Virus record (IMG/VR): IMGVR_UViG_3300017963_000308 | Span: 1 to 58,421 of that record | Reading direction: 5' to 3' (one strand) | Source: a virus | Taxonomy: Duplodnaviria > Caudoviricetes | DNA length: 58,421 nt | In this document: positions 7,469 to 16,214 of the stretch, in pieces | Layout: each line of letters begins with the position of its first letter | Position numbering within the stretch: position 1 is the stretch's first letter | Translations under genes and position numbers: made by a program | The notes under the pieces: generated by a model | Told to the model about the DNA's origin: nothing | The model's input: the letters and a program-made list of their open reading frames with translations, nothing else | The model's database searches: none

Positions 7469-7804
7469 ATGGACAAAAAGAAGTTTGTTCCAACTCCAAT
7501 GGAAAAGGGGAGAGCCAGGGTAAACGATTGGGAAGAGCAGTTGTTTTTATATATGTGTGAACAAGAGGACGCTTCCCAGTCTGAAATGGTGAGAAACGCT
7601 ATCCGGCATTATGCCTTAACTTTAGGCTATTTGCCGGATTTGCTTAATGAAAACAGGCGGCTTAGGGAAAATCTTGAAGACGTGCATTGTCGGATAATAG
7701 ATTTGAAGAAAGCGTCGATTAAAGTTGGGCTGTACCAACAATCAAACAGGCTTGCGGAATTAGAGAATATTGTACTGGGTTATTTGAAATATGAGGATGG
7801 GTGA
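7469..7804 (+). CDS. Putative ribbon-helix-helix regulator with coiled coil
   Basis: SQSEMVRNAI helix pattern; GGGAG RBS. Confidence 0.55.
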   Translation: MDKKKFVPTPMEKGRARVNDWEEQLFLYMCEQEDASQSEMVRNAIRHYALTLGYLPDLLNENRRLRENLEDVHCRIIDLKKASIKVGLYQQSNRLAELENIVLGYLKYEDG

Positions 7805-7841
7805 GGATGGAAGGGTGCCCGATAATTAAGGAGAATTTGAG

Positions 7842-8333
7842 ATGATAACCACGAAAGAAGTAGAAAAGTTGGTTACCGAAAAGTGGCGAACCTTCGATAC
7901 CCAAACTCCGCTTTTTTATGAAATTGTTGATTTTGCTCTTGAGATGTACAACCGGGGTCACGAAGATAATCCCCATACCAGGGGCGCGCTTGACTTAACT
8001 TCCCCGGCCAAAAAGGTTGTTTGGCAGCAATCCCAACATCCCATGAATAATCTGGAAGAGGCTGCTTTCTTGGCAATCGCCAAGGTTTTTGGTGATTTGC
8101 TTATGGAAAAGCAGGCGGAGTTTACCCGGCGAACTGCTAACCGCTCCGCAGATGAAATGAGTCTTACCGAAGTTGCCGAACAGCAGGAAAAGGTGATCGA
8201 AACCCTGATGGACTATATTGAAGAGGCTTATCAATTATTGAAAACAATTAAAATCATGGATGACCAATGGCATACATCGGAAAAAGTTTGGATGAGTCGG
8301 GCCGAGTCGTTGCTTTTTGGCGGAGATGAATAG
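7842..8333 (+). CDS. Hypothetical protein
   Basis: AAGGAG RBS, 163 aa. Confidence 0.8.
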   Translation: MITTKEVEKLVTEKWRTFDTQTPLFYEIVDFALEMYNRGHEDNPHTRGALDLTSPAKKVVWQQSQHPMNNLEEAAFLAIAKVFGDLLMEKQAEFTRRTANRSADEMSLTEVAEQQEKVIETLMDYIEEAYQLLKTIKIMDDQWHTSEKVWMSRAESLLFGGDE

Positions 8334-8345
8334 GGGCGATTGGTG

Positions 8346-9326
8346 ATGAAAACAAATTATTATAGTGTAATAATTAGTTCGATCTTGTTTTTTGTTTCGC
8401 TGGCCTTGCTTTTCTTTACAACCGGGTGCGCGGTACCAGAGGGCGATTTTTCTTTCTCAGAGGCACCCACGGCTACGGTAGTGCCTACTCCGATGCCATC
8501 ACGTGAGATAAGCATGCCAGATAGCCAATTGGCGAATCTGTTAAAAGTTGTTGGGTTAGTAGTGGTGGGGTTGATTGCGATGGGGCTAATAGCGGCGGGG
8601 CTGATCGCCGGAGCAAAGTGGATTGCCAAATGGATTGATGGATTATTCGAGAAGCCAGATCTACCGCCAGGAATGGAGCCTAACGCAAAGAAAGTAGAGA
8701 GAGCCACGAAAAGCATTGATCGGGAGTTAAAGCGGGTAGATGCTAATTTAAGAGATATCGAGCGGGAATCGGCGGTATTGTTGGATGGCATTTACGCTTT
8801 ACTTAGCTTCGCGGCCGGGTTGCGGGCATTGTATGACCTGTATGAGCGGGCACTTGAAATAATTTCCGCAGATCCAATTGATGCTCTCGAATTGGCAAAG
8901 ATTCGCGGTCAGTTAAAGCCAAGGGATCCCATCGCGGCGGGCTATTTGGATAGTCCTCACTTGTGGACAAACACATATCGCATTCAAATAGCGGAAAATA
9001 TGGCTGAATTGCTTGGGCAAGCGGTTGAGTGGTCTAGGCAGTATGTGGAACATGCCGCCAAGTTGCAAAGAGTTTTGCACGGCTACAAAACAAGCGCGGA
9101 AAGCCTTCGGTTTAGCAAGAATTACGGAGCCAACGCCAAGCCTGTTTTGGCGATAGGGCAAAAGATAAGCGATGCGTTGACCGCAGTTATGGTGATCCGG
9201 GGATTATTCCCCATTGAGCATCGAAGCGAGCGGCGGTTAGCTGATTTGTTTAGCCGCGAACCGGCTAGACTCGCTCCGGTTTCTAAGGCAACCAGGGAAA
9301 ATATGGAAGTGATATTGGGAGAATAA
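8346..9326 (+). CDS. Membrane/lipoprotein with coiled coil
   Basis: Signal peptide ending in TTGC, PTATVVPTP linker, second TM segment, helical C-terminus. Confidence 0.75.
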   Translation: MKTNYYSVIISSILFFVSLALLFFTTGCAVPEGDFSFSEAPTATVVPTPMPSREISMPDSQLANLLKVVGLVVVGLIAMGLIAAGLIAGAKWIAKWIDGLFEKPDLPPGMEPNAKKVERATKSIDRELKRVDANLRDIERESAVLLDGIYALLSFAAGLRALYDLYERALEIISADPIDALELAKIRGQLKPRDPIAAGYLDSPHLWTNTYRIQIAENMAELLGQAVEWSRQYVEHAAKLQRVLHGYKTSAESLRFSKNYGANAKPVLAIGQKISDALTAVMVIRGLFPIEHRSERRLADLFSREPARLAPVSKATRENMEVILGE

Positions 9327-9327
9327 G

Positions 9328-9546
9328 ATGAAATTTGGGCTAAATTTTTTTGTGATATCTCTGATTTTTATCGTGCTTGCGGTCTTCTTCGAAATTTTAG
9401 CCGCGAAGAGCAATGATGAAAAAATGGAAGCGGCTGAATTGTGGTGTTTCCAGCATGGCTACCCATATGTCAAGGAGACTCAAGATCAGTATTTTTGCTT
9501 TACTCCGGTCGATGTAACGCCGGTACCTGGAGAGATAATACCATGA
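9328..9546 (+). CDS. Small membrane protein
   Basis: N-terminal TM segment and a two-Cys C-terminal motif. Confidence 0.75.
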   Translation: MKFGLNFFVISLIFIVLAVFFEILAAKSNDEKMEAAELWCFQHGYPYVKETQDQYFCFTPVDVTPVPGEIIP

Positions 9547-9770
9547 CCTATGATCAAACATTTAAGTGGATGTCGGTTGGTTTTTGGGCGTTTATCGTGC
9601 TTTTGGCCCTGATTGGTGTTTTTATCCAGTTCAATTATTCCTTTCAGCATTGGCCGCAACTTCAGTCGGCGGAAGAGCAATGCCAGAGGATGAATGAAGC
9701 ATATCATGCTAAGTGGGTCGATGGAGAACTTTATTGTTTGGTGCCTGTAGTATCTCACAAAGGAGAATGA
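9543..9770 (+). CDS. Small membrane protein
   Basis: ATGA overlap; TM plus two Cys, same architecture as the upstream gene. Confidence 0.7.
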   Translation: MTYDQTFKWMSVGFWAFIVLLALIGVFIQFNYSFQHWPQLQSAEEQCQRMNEAYHAKWVDGELYCLVPVVSHKGE

Positions 9771-10147
9771 CTATGTTGATCAATGGTAAAGAGTATGAGG
9801 TTAAGTTTTATCGGGAATTTGTTTACCAGGGGAGAGAAAATAGAAATGGTGATCTCGAATCAACACCCCAAACCGAATGCCAGATATTTACGGATCCCGA
9901 AGGAGCGATTGGTTATGGGGTGACTGTTAAAAATCCCGATGATCCGATTGATGACCGGGATTACGGGCGGCGAGTCGCCTTTAAGCGCGCTCTTGAACAT
10001 GCCGAGTTTGACAGACAAGAGCGCACTCAAGCTTGGGCGTGGTATAACCGGAATTACGAAACTCTTAAGCAGCGTATTAAGCGGCGGGCGTTGATGAGAA
10101 ATTTGCGATCAAGCATATTTTCCACGTATTTCCAGGTGCCCCGATAA
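9767..10147 (+). CDS. Small phage protein
   Basis: G.T..NP.D...GRR.A..RAL motif common in small phage proteins. Confidence 0.75.
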   Translation: MTMLINGKEYEVKFYREFVYQGRENRNGDLESTPQTECQIFTDPEGAIGYGVTVKNPDDPIDDRDYGRRVAFKRALEHAEFDRQERTQAWAWYNRNYETLKQRIKRRALMRNLRSSIFSTYFQVPR

Positions 10148-10186
10148 AATTGTGAAATTAGATAGCAGAACATTACGCGTTGACAG

Positions 10187-11143
10187 ATGGCTAAAGATGC
10201 AAGGGTGGTTTGCCCACATTGTAACCGAATAATTATTTTGGGGATTGAGGTTAGAAAGCCCCGGAGTGGGTTTTTTCGGCAAAAAGGTTCGCCGTCCAAG
10301 CCTAAAATGGGAATCATGCAGATGACCAAGAAAAACATTTTTTCCGATGCGGCGGCCGCGCCACCAATGACGGCCAGAACGCCTACTTATGGAATGTCAT
10401 CGACCGGGCCGACTACCGAAGAGGTTAACGAGAATATACGACAGTTGCCGACTAATTTTAGCGCGTATAGAAGTTCCCTGGATTTGGAACCTACAGTAGC
10501 GAATCAGGTTGGACTTCCCCTGGTTGAAGCGATTGTTTATGGCGGATTTTTCTTTATTGGGGGAGTTGTCGTGGCATGGTTATTCGATATTTTTACGCCA
10601 AGTTACAAAATCTATGTTCTTGAAAAAGTTTCTTTTGGGTTTGTGGTCGGATTTGTGGCGGCCTTTTTTCGGTATATTGGTAACGGGGAGTTCTACAGGG
10701 ATGTTATTCAAAAGGTAGAAGAGGTTACCAAGCGTGATATCAATCAAGATGGGTACGTGGGGCCGCCCCCTCAACCAACCGTTAATGTAACCATTCCGCA
10801 ACCGGGGCCAGGGGTTAGCAGGCAATTGGCCGACTTGCCGGGTGACCTGGATTCGCTTAGGGAATTTAGTCGATATGTTGTCATGGGTGAAATCACCTTT
10901 TCTGAGCAGGGCGCACTTGCTTCTGGCTACGGCCAAAAGAATTTCATGAAACTGCGAAAGATTTTTTTGGATAGGGGTTGGGCCAGATGGAAGAATGAAG
11001 AAGCGCACACAGAGGGAGTCCAATTGCTAAAGGCTGGTAGTTTGATCATCAGGGAGTTATCAAGGTTAAACGATGAGCAAGTAGAATCGGATCCGCCCGA
11101 AGAGGATACTCAATATGGGCGATTTGCTCATATCGATTATTAG
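10187..11143 (+). CDS. Two-TM membrane protein with probable C-terminal winged helix
   Basis: Two hydrophobic segments, DINQDGYVG loop; start uncertain. Confidence 0.7.
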   Translation: MAKDARVVCPHCNRIIILGIEVRKPRSGFFRQKGSPSKPKMGIMQMTKKNIFSDAAAAPPMTARTPTYGMSSTGPTTEEVNENIRQLPTNFSAYRSSLDLEPTVANQVGLPLVEAIVYGGFFFIGGVVVAWLFDIFTPSYKIYVLEKVSFGFVVGFVAAFFRYIGNGEFYRDVIQKVEEVTKRDINQDGYVGPPPQPTVNVTIPQPGPGVSRQLADLPGDLDSLREFSRYVVMGEITFSEQGALASGYGQKNFMKLRKIFLDRGWARWKNEEAHTEGVQLLKAGSLIIRELSRLNDEQVESDPPEEDTQYGRFAHIDY

Positions 11144-11591
11144 GGCTTGTAATGGGGGAAACTTGTTATCAACAATTAAAACTTTCTTTCGTTTTATGTC
11201 TGGCGAAAACCCATATGACGAATTAGTTAAATGGGAATCTGAGCGAAGATTCTGGGATGTAGCTAAATATCAAATTCCCGGATTGATTCCCCAACGTAAG
11301 ATCCGCCCTTATATTGCGGACTTCTCTGTTTGGGCTGACAAGATGCCCCTTGGCCTAATCATTGAGATTCAGGGAAAAAAATACCACGGCGGCGATATGT
11401 CAGAAGAGATTGCCGAAAATTGGTATAAGATTGTAGATGACTGGGAGAGGGCCAGGGAGATCTTGATTAAGGCCGGTTGGGTAGTGGTGTTCTTTCCGGC
11501 CGCGGATTGCTTTTCGCGGCCGCAGTATATGGTTAATCAGGTTAAACAAATGATTAAATCTATGGAAAAGAAAAGGAGAATTCCAAAATGA
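11115..11591 (+). CDS. DUF559/Vsr-like PD-(D/E)xK endonuclease
   Basis: Q..I.PYIADF...LIIEIQG..YH...D..R......GW.V..F. Confidence 0.8.
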   Translation: MGDLLISIIRACNGGNLLSTIKTFFRFMSGENPYDELVKWESERRFWDVAKYQIPGLIPQRKIRPYIADFSVWADKMPLGLIIEIQGKKYHGGDMSEEIAENWYKIVDDWERAREILIKAGWVVVFFPAADCFSRPQYMVNQVKQMIKSMEKKRRIPK

Positions 11592-12706
11592 AATTAATTA
11601 TCAATACTGGCGACTTGAAAGCGGGGCTTGACGTAGTTGGGGCAGCCGTGGCCGGTGCCACTACTATTCCTGTTTTGTCCGGGGTATTGCTGGAAGTTTC
11701 CGAAAATGTATTGAGACTTTCGGCAAGTGATCTGGAAAAAGACATTACTACGCTGCTAAAATGCCAGGGTGAGGATGGGGCGATAGTTTTACCCTATAAG
11801 CTACTTAGTGGTCTGATAGGTGGGCTTAATGGGGCGATTGAAATGAATCTCAATCCATCTAATCTTACCATGAAATGGGAAAGCGGGGAACAGAATGGGT
11901 CTATCAAGGGGCTAGATCCTGGGTTATTTCCGGATGTGACATATGGAGATAGTGACTATGACATCACTTTTGAGGGAGAACAATTAGCCGAAGCGATTGC
12001 TCGGGTCGTTGTATCGAGTGGCGACGATTCTGGACGAGAGTGGCTTGCTTCAGTCAATATGCGATTGAATGATGAGACTGAGGGGAAATTGTTTTTGCAG
12101 GGGGCTAATGGGTTTAAGGCTTCAATTCAGACTATGGCGGCTCCGGGTATGTCGTCGTGTGAAGCAGTAATCCCTGTTCAAAGCATTAGTCGAATTACTC
12201 AACTTGCCTCAAAAAGCAAAAATGTTGGGATCAGGTTTGTCGGCAAAGATGTCATTTTTGTTTTCGATCAGGTTGTTTGGTTGCGTAGTTCAACCCTGGA
12301 AGCAAAGTACCCCGATTTAACTGTTTTTATCCCGGAATCGAGTCTCACATCGATTAGGGTTGATAAGGTAGAATTGCTCCGCAAGCTGAATACGGCTAGA
12401 TTGTTTTGCTCTGAAACCAGTATGGTTGAGGTAAAGGTCGGGGAAGATACGCTATTAATTCAAACGCGATCTGCGGAATTGGGCGACTATTCCGGCGACG
12501 TGCAATGTTCCCTTAAGGGCGATCCAATTTTCTTTGGAGCAAATATCAACTATTTTATTCAGGGGGTAGCCGTTATCCCGGGTGATGAGGTCCTTGTCGA
12601 AGCGAAAGACGCCGATAGCATTATTGCTATGAGGCCGGGAGAAGATGTTGGGTTTATTTTTTGCATGACTCCAATGCATGTTGTGGGGAGTAACCAAAAT
12701 GACTGA
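11588..12706 (+). CDS. dnaN: DNA polymerase III beta subunit (sliding clamp)
   Basis: 372 aa; TIPVLSGVLL, LSASDLE, FPD, YPD and C-terminal MTPM match the beta clamp. Confidence 0.93.
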   Translation: MKLIINTGDLKAGLDVVGAAVAGATTIPVLSGVLLEVSENVLRLSASDLEKDITTLLKCQGEDGAIVLPYKLLSGLIGGLNGAIEMNLNPSNLTMKWESGEQNGSIKGLDPGLFPDVTYGDSDYDITFEGEQLAEAIARVVVSSGDDSGREWLASVNMRLNDETEGKLFLQGANGFKASIQTMAAPGMSSCEAVIPVQSISRITQLASKSKNVGIRFVGKDVIFVFDQVVWLRSSTLEAKYPDLTVFIPESSLTSIRVDKVELLRKLNTARLFCSETSMVEVKVGEDTLLIQTRSAELGDYSGDVQCSLKGDPIFFGANINYFIQGVAVIPGDEVLVEAKDADSIIAMRPGEDVGFIFCMTPMHVVGSNQND

Positions 12707-13118
12707 GCCAGAACATCACGAAATTTGGAAAATGGTAGAAGATGGCTATGAGGGGATATTAAACGAGCTACATCAATTTCGATTTGACATTCCCATTGAA
12801 TGGGTGTCCAGGGATGTACCGATAACGGATGGAGTATCGCTAAATATAGAGGACATTGCGGATCCGGTGAAATTTGCTTCGATTATATTGTCGATTACAA
12901 GCATCCTGCACCATCAGCAAGTATTGATTTTCAGTTTTGACCTTGCTCTTGAGCATAGGCCAGATCCAGTATCCGATGACCCTCTTCGGAGAAAAAGAGT
13001 ATTGAATATAGGGCTTGGGTGTATCGGGTCTTGGAATAAAATAACCGTGACATCGTATCTGGGGATGAACAGAAGCCGAATGTCACTAGACGATCCGGGA
13101 GAGTTAGGCGATGAATGA
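12699..13118 (+). CDS. Hypothetical protein
   Basis: GGGGAG RBS, overlaps dnaN stop. Confidence 0.7.
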   Translation: MTEPEHHEIWKMVEDGYEGILNELHQFRFDIPIEWVSRDVPITDGVSLNIEDIADPVKFASIILSITSILHHQQVLIFSFDLALEHRPDPVSDDPLRRKRVLNIGLGCIGSWNKITVTSYLGMNRSRMSLDDPGELGDE

Positions 13119-13323
13119 CGATGAGTTGAGGCGTAGATTGAAAGAGAATGATGCCAAACTAAAACGGGAGAGGGCTATGTCTGGAGTACAATTTGCGGTT
13201 ATCTTTTTTATCCTGATGCTTATTGCCCAAATTGGTATGGAGTCTCTGACTCCCGTGGGTTGTGTTTTCGGGATTGGGTTTTTTTGGTCTTTGGGCTATG
13301 CTTTGATAGAGTTTTTTACATAA
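13111..13323 (+). CDS. Small two-TM membrane protein
   Basis: Two hydrophobic segments. Confidence 0.7.
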   Translation: MNDDELRRRLKENDAKLKRERAMSGVQFAVIFFILMLIAQIGMESLTPVGCVFGIGFFWSLGYALIEFFT

Positions 13324-13356
13324 GCAATTTGGGATAGTCAATAGTCATCTTGCCGC

Positions 13357-13381
13357 AAGCCCCCATTTGGGGGCTTTTTTT
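13357..13381 (+). terminator. Rho-independent terminator
   Basis: AAGCCCCC-ATTT-GGGGGCTT followed by a T run. Confidence 0.9.
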
Positions 13382-13401
13382 ATTACACTATAATATCAGG
13401 C

Positions 13402-13430
13402 TTGATTTAGCTACATAAGTATGATACTAT
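13402..13430 (+). promoter_or_regulatory. Promoter for the packaging genes
   Basis: TTGATT-17 bp-TACTAT, extended TG; ATG 13437 sits 7 nt downstream. Confidence 0.6.
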
Positions 13431-13436
13431 AGCTAT

Positions 13437-14000
13437 ATGGATAACAGGCTTAATGGTAAACGACTCCCGGGTAGTATAGATGAAGTAGACCCTAGCGCGC
13501 TCAATCTACTTGTCGATCATCAATTTGGTTTTGTGGCCGGGTTGATGGAATCTCAGGCCAGTGAAGTAGAAGAGTTGATGCGGTCAGAGGTTGGGGCAAA
13601 TGCGGTTAAGGCAGCATTGGCGGAATATATGGCTACGGCCAGGATCCGGTTAATGTTGTTGTCGACTCAGGCTATGACTACCCTGGATGAAGTGATGCAA
13701 GATGAAAAAGAAGACAGCAAAACGGCTACGGCTCGCGTTCGGGCCGCGGAAGCCATTTTAGACAGAGCGGGATTCCCCAAAGCCTTGCAGCAATTTCGGG
13801 TGAATGCCGATTTGCAAGAAAGCGATAGGATTTTGCCGTCAATGGAGGATGTGTTAAAAAATGTTCCGCCTGAAGACGTTCCAAGTGTTATGGCAAAATT
13901 TCGAGAAGCTTCCGTGATGATCGATGAGCTAAGGGCCGGGGGAATGATTGTAGATGGTGAAAAAATGGACTCTGACAGCGAAAAAGGATCGCCCCAGTAA
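13437..14000 (+). CDS. terS: Probable terminase small subunit
   Basis: Helical, ARVRAAEAILDRAG motif, upstream of TerL. Confidence 0.65.
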   Translation: MDNRLNGKRLPGSIDEVDPSALNLLVDHQFGFVAGLMESQASEVEELMRSEVGANAVKAALAEYMATARIRLMLLSTQAMTTLDEVMQDEKEDSKTATARVRAAEAILDRAGFPKALQQFRVNADLQESDRILPSMEDVLKNVPPEDVPSVMAKFREASVMIDELRAGGMIVDGEKMDSDSEKGSPQ

Positions 14001-14385
14001 GGTACTTGCCACTCATCGCGGCAAGGTGGTTTCTACTTATACCCTGGATAGGACATATGTCCACACTTATGAACTTACCGGCGACTACTGGCAAACCAGG
14101 AAAGTCCAGCCTTTGGGGTCAATAGTCGCCCTGGATCCGACTACTCAAAAAGTTGTTCCTAACTATACGGCATATAATTTTGGTCCTTTGGGGGTTATTT
14201 TGCATGATGTAGATGCAACCGAAGCTGATCAAGAGGTTGGCGTATTGGTCAAGGGCTATGCGATTGAGGACCGGTGTTGGGATAACGGTGATTACGGCTC
14301 CATTACGGCCGCGACAAAACAAGCTTTGTATCCCCGCATAATCTTTGTCAAGGTTGGCGGCCAGGGGCTTAAAACAATCAAATGA
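13954..14385 (+). CDS. Head decoration protein paralogue
   Basis: Shares KVVPNYTAY.F and DNG.YG.I.AATK.AL..R..F with 38476-38883. Confidence 0.8.
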   Translation: MVKKWTLTAKKDRPSKVLATHRGKVVSTYTLDRTYVHTYELTGDYWQTRKVQPLGSIVALDPTTQKVVPNYTAYNFGPLGVILHDVDATEADQEVGVLVKGYAIEDRCWDNGDYGSITAATKQALYPRIIFVKVGGQGLKTIK

Positions 14386-16214
14386 CCACATTGGTTGAGG
14401 ATGTCCAATTACTTCCCATTGACGAGAAAATTTTAACCGTCGATGAAGAGAAATGGTATCAAGAAAAGGCTGAAGCGGTAAAAGCCCTTTATGACGCTGG
14501 ACTTGAATACCCGGCTTGGTCTGATGAACGGGCCAAGTTTCATTTTGAATCTATCACCTATTTTGTTGACGAATTTATAAAACCCGATTTAGATCGCCCC
14601 CCATTTCATGATGATTGGTATTGGTGGATGGTGAGGGAATCGGCTTATCTTAATTTAAGCCCCCGTGATCATGCCAAAACAACGTTGCATAGTATCATTA
14701 AGCCGGTGTGGGAAATATGTTGTGATCGCAATGTGACTTATTTTATCGTTTTTGCCACTACCGATGTAGCCAAGCTAATTCTTTCCCAGATCAAATCACA
14801 ATTGACCGTCAACCCCCGCATTTTGGCGGGGTTTGGCACTTTTAATCCAATGGATCTGCCCGCAGAAGAAAGATTGGTCGACCAGGATTGGAGTCAATAT
14901 TCGATTACGGTCAATCGCACAAATTTTTCCATCAAAGATCCTACTGTGGCTGTAGCTGGATCGTTGACCAACGTCCTCTCTCGCCGTGTGTCGCGGTTGG
15001 TAGTGGATGACTTGCTTAATGACAAGATAGCCTCTTCGGTAGCAGAATCAGAACGTTTGGAAAGTTGGTATGTTAATGACGTGCAACCGATTCTGTTAGC
15101 CGATGGGCAAGAAATTATCACTGGCACCCGATACCGGTCGGGTGATTTTTATGCCAAGATCATTGAATTATCCAAAGAAGAAGGATTGTACAAGGTCTTT
15201 ATTGGTGATGCGATAATTAATGAGGTTTCTCAGGAAGTTTTGTGGCCGGAACGCTGGTCATGGAATGGCCTGATGCGCCAACGGGCCAAGATGGGTAAAA
15301 CCAAATTCAATAGAAACTATCGAAATATGATTATTTCTGATGAAGATTCGGTATTCCCCATGCTTTGGTTCAAAGGTGGAGTAGATGAAAAAACAGGTCT
15401 ATATTATCCAGGGTGTTTTGATCCAAGTTTAGTTCTGGGGATGGGACCGAAAATCGACAAGCGTCGTTGGTTGCGATATATAACTATAGGGGTTGATCCA
15501 GCCATAGGGGAAACGGCTGAAAGCAAATATTTTGGATTAGTTGTTCTGGGATTGGATATGAAGGGGCGATTGATTATCGCTGATATAGTCAGAGGGAAAT
15601 TCAGTTTTCCTAATCAGAAACGAATAGTGCTCCAGAAAAGTCAGTTTTGGAATCCGAATTTTGTGGTAGTAGAAACCAACTCATATCAAAAAGCACTTCT
15701 GGAAGGGTTAGGGGAAGAGTCCAAGTTTATCCCTGCGGTACCATGGCTAACTACCGGGGGCGTAAGATCTAAACCGGATATTGGGGTACCGGCAATGGAT
15801 GTTCATTTTGAGCAAGGCCGGTTTAGGGTGCCGCGGGGTAACAGAGATTCGGAAAAGCTAACAGATATATTGGTAGAAGAGTTGCATTTTTGGGGTAAGC
15901 ATGATACCTCAGACTTAACCATGGCCTTATGGTTCTCTTATGAGCGGATTCGTCCTGAGCTAGAGCGGTTGGGAGTATTGCCGCCTCTTGAGGATATGGT
16001 ATTTTTGGATCGACAGCAAAGGGAACATGCCGCCATGATTGGGATTAGTAATAAAATGCTACCAAGATCTACCGTTACACATATTAGAAATAGGGTGATG
16101 GGTGCTCCTTTGGCGCATCTATCTATTATGAAGAGGCTATCGAAAAATGATCACAAACAAAGAGCTAAGAAGATTAGACGTGTCGGGCCATATGGCAGAA
16201 ATGACGATGCCTAA
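14382..16214 (+). CDS. terL: Terminase large subunit
   Basis: Walker A PRDHAKTT, Walker B LVVDD, GTRY coupling motif, nuclease GVDPA, ETNSYQ, HDTSD. Confidence 0.96.
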   Translation: MTTLVEDVQLLPIDEKILTVDEEKWYQEKAEAVKALYDAGLEYPAWSDERAKFHFESITYFVDEFIKPDLDRPPFHDDWYWWMVRESAYLNLSPRDHAKTTLHSIIKPVWEICCDRNVTYFIVFATTDVAKLILSQIKSQLTVNPRILAGFGTFNPMDLPAEERLVDQDWSQYSITVNRTNFSIKDPTVAVAGSLTNVLSRRVSRLVVDDLLNDKIASSVAESERLESWYVNDVQPILLADGQEIITGTRYRSGDFYAKIIELSKEEGLYKVFIGDAIINEVSQEVLWPERWSWNGLMRQRAKMGKTKFNRNYRNMIISDEDSVFPMLWFKGGVDEKTGLYYPGCFDPSLVLGMGPKIDKRRWLRYITIGVDPAIGETAESKYFGLVVLGLDMKGRLIIADIVRGKFSFPNQKRIVLQKSQFWNPNFVVVETNSYQKALLEGLGEESKFIPAVPWLTTGGVRSKPDIGVPAMDVHFEQGRFRVPRGNRDSEKLTDILVEELHFWGKHDTSDLTMALWFSYERIRPELERLGVLPPLEDMVFLDRQQREHAAMIGISNKMLPRSTVTHIRNRVMGAPLAHLSIMKRLSKNDHKQRAKKIRRVGPYGRNDDA

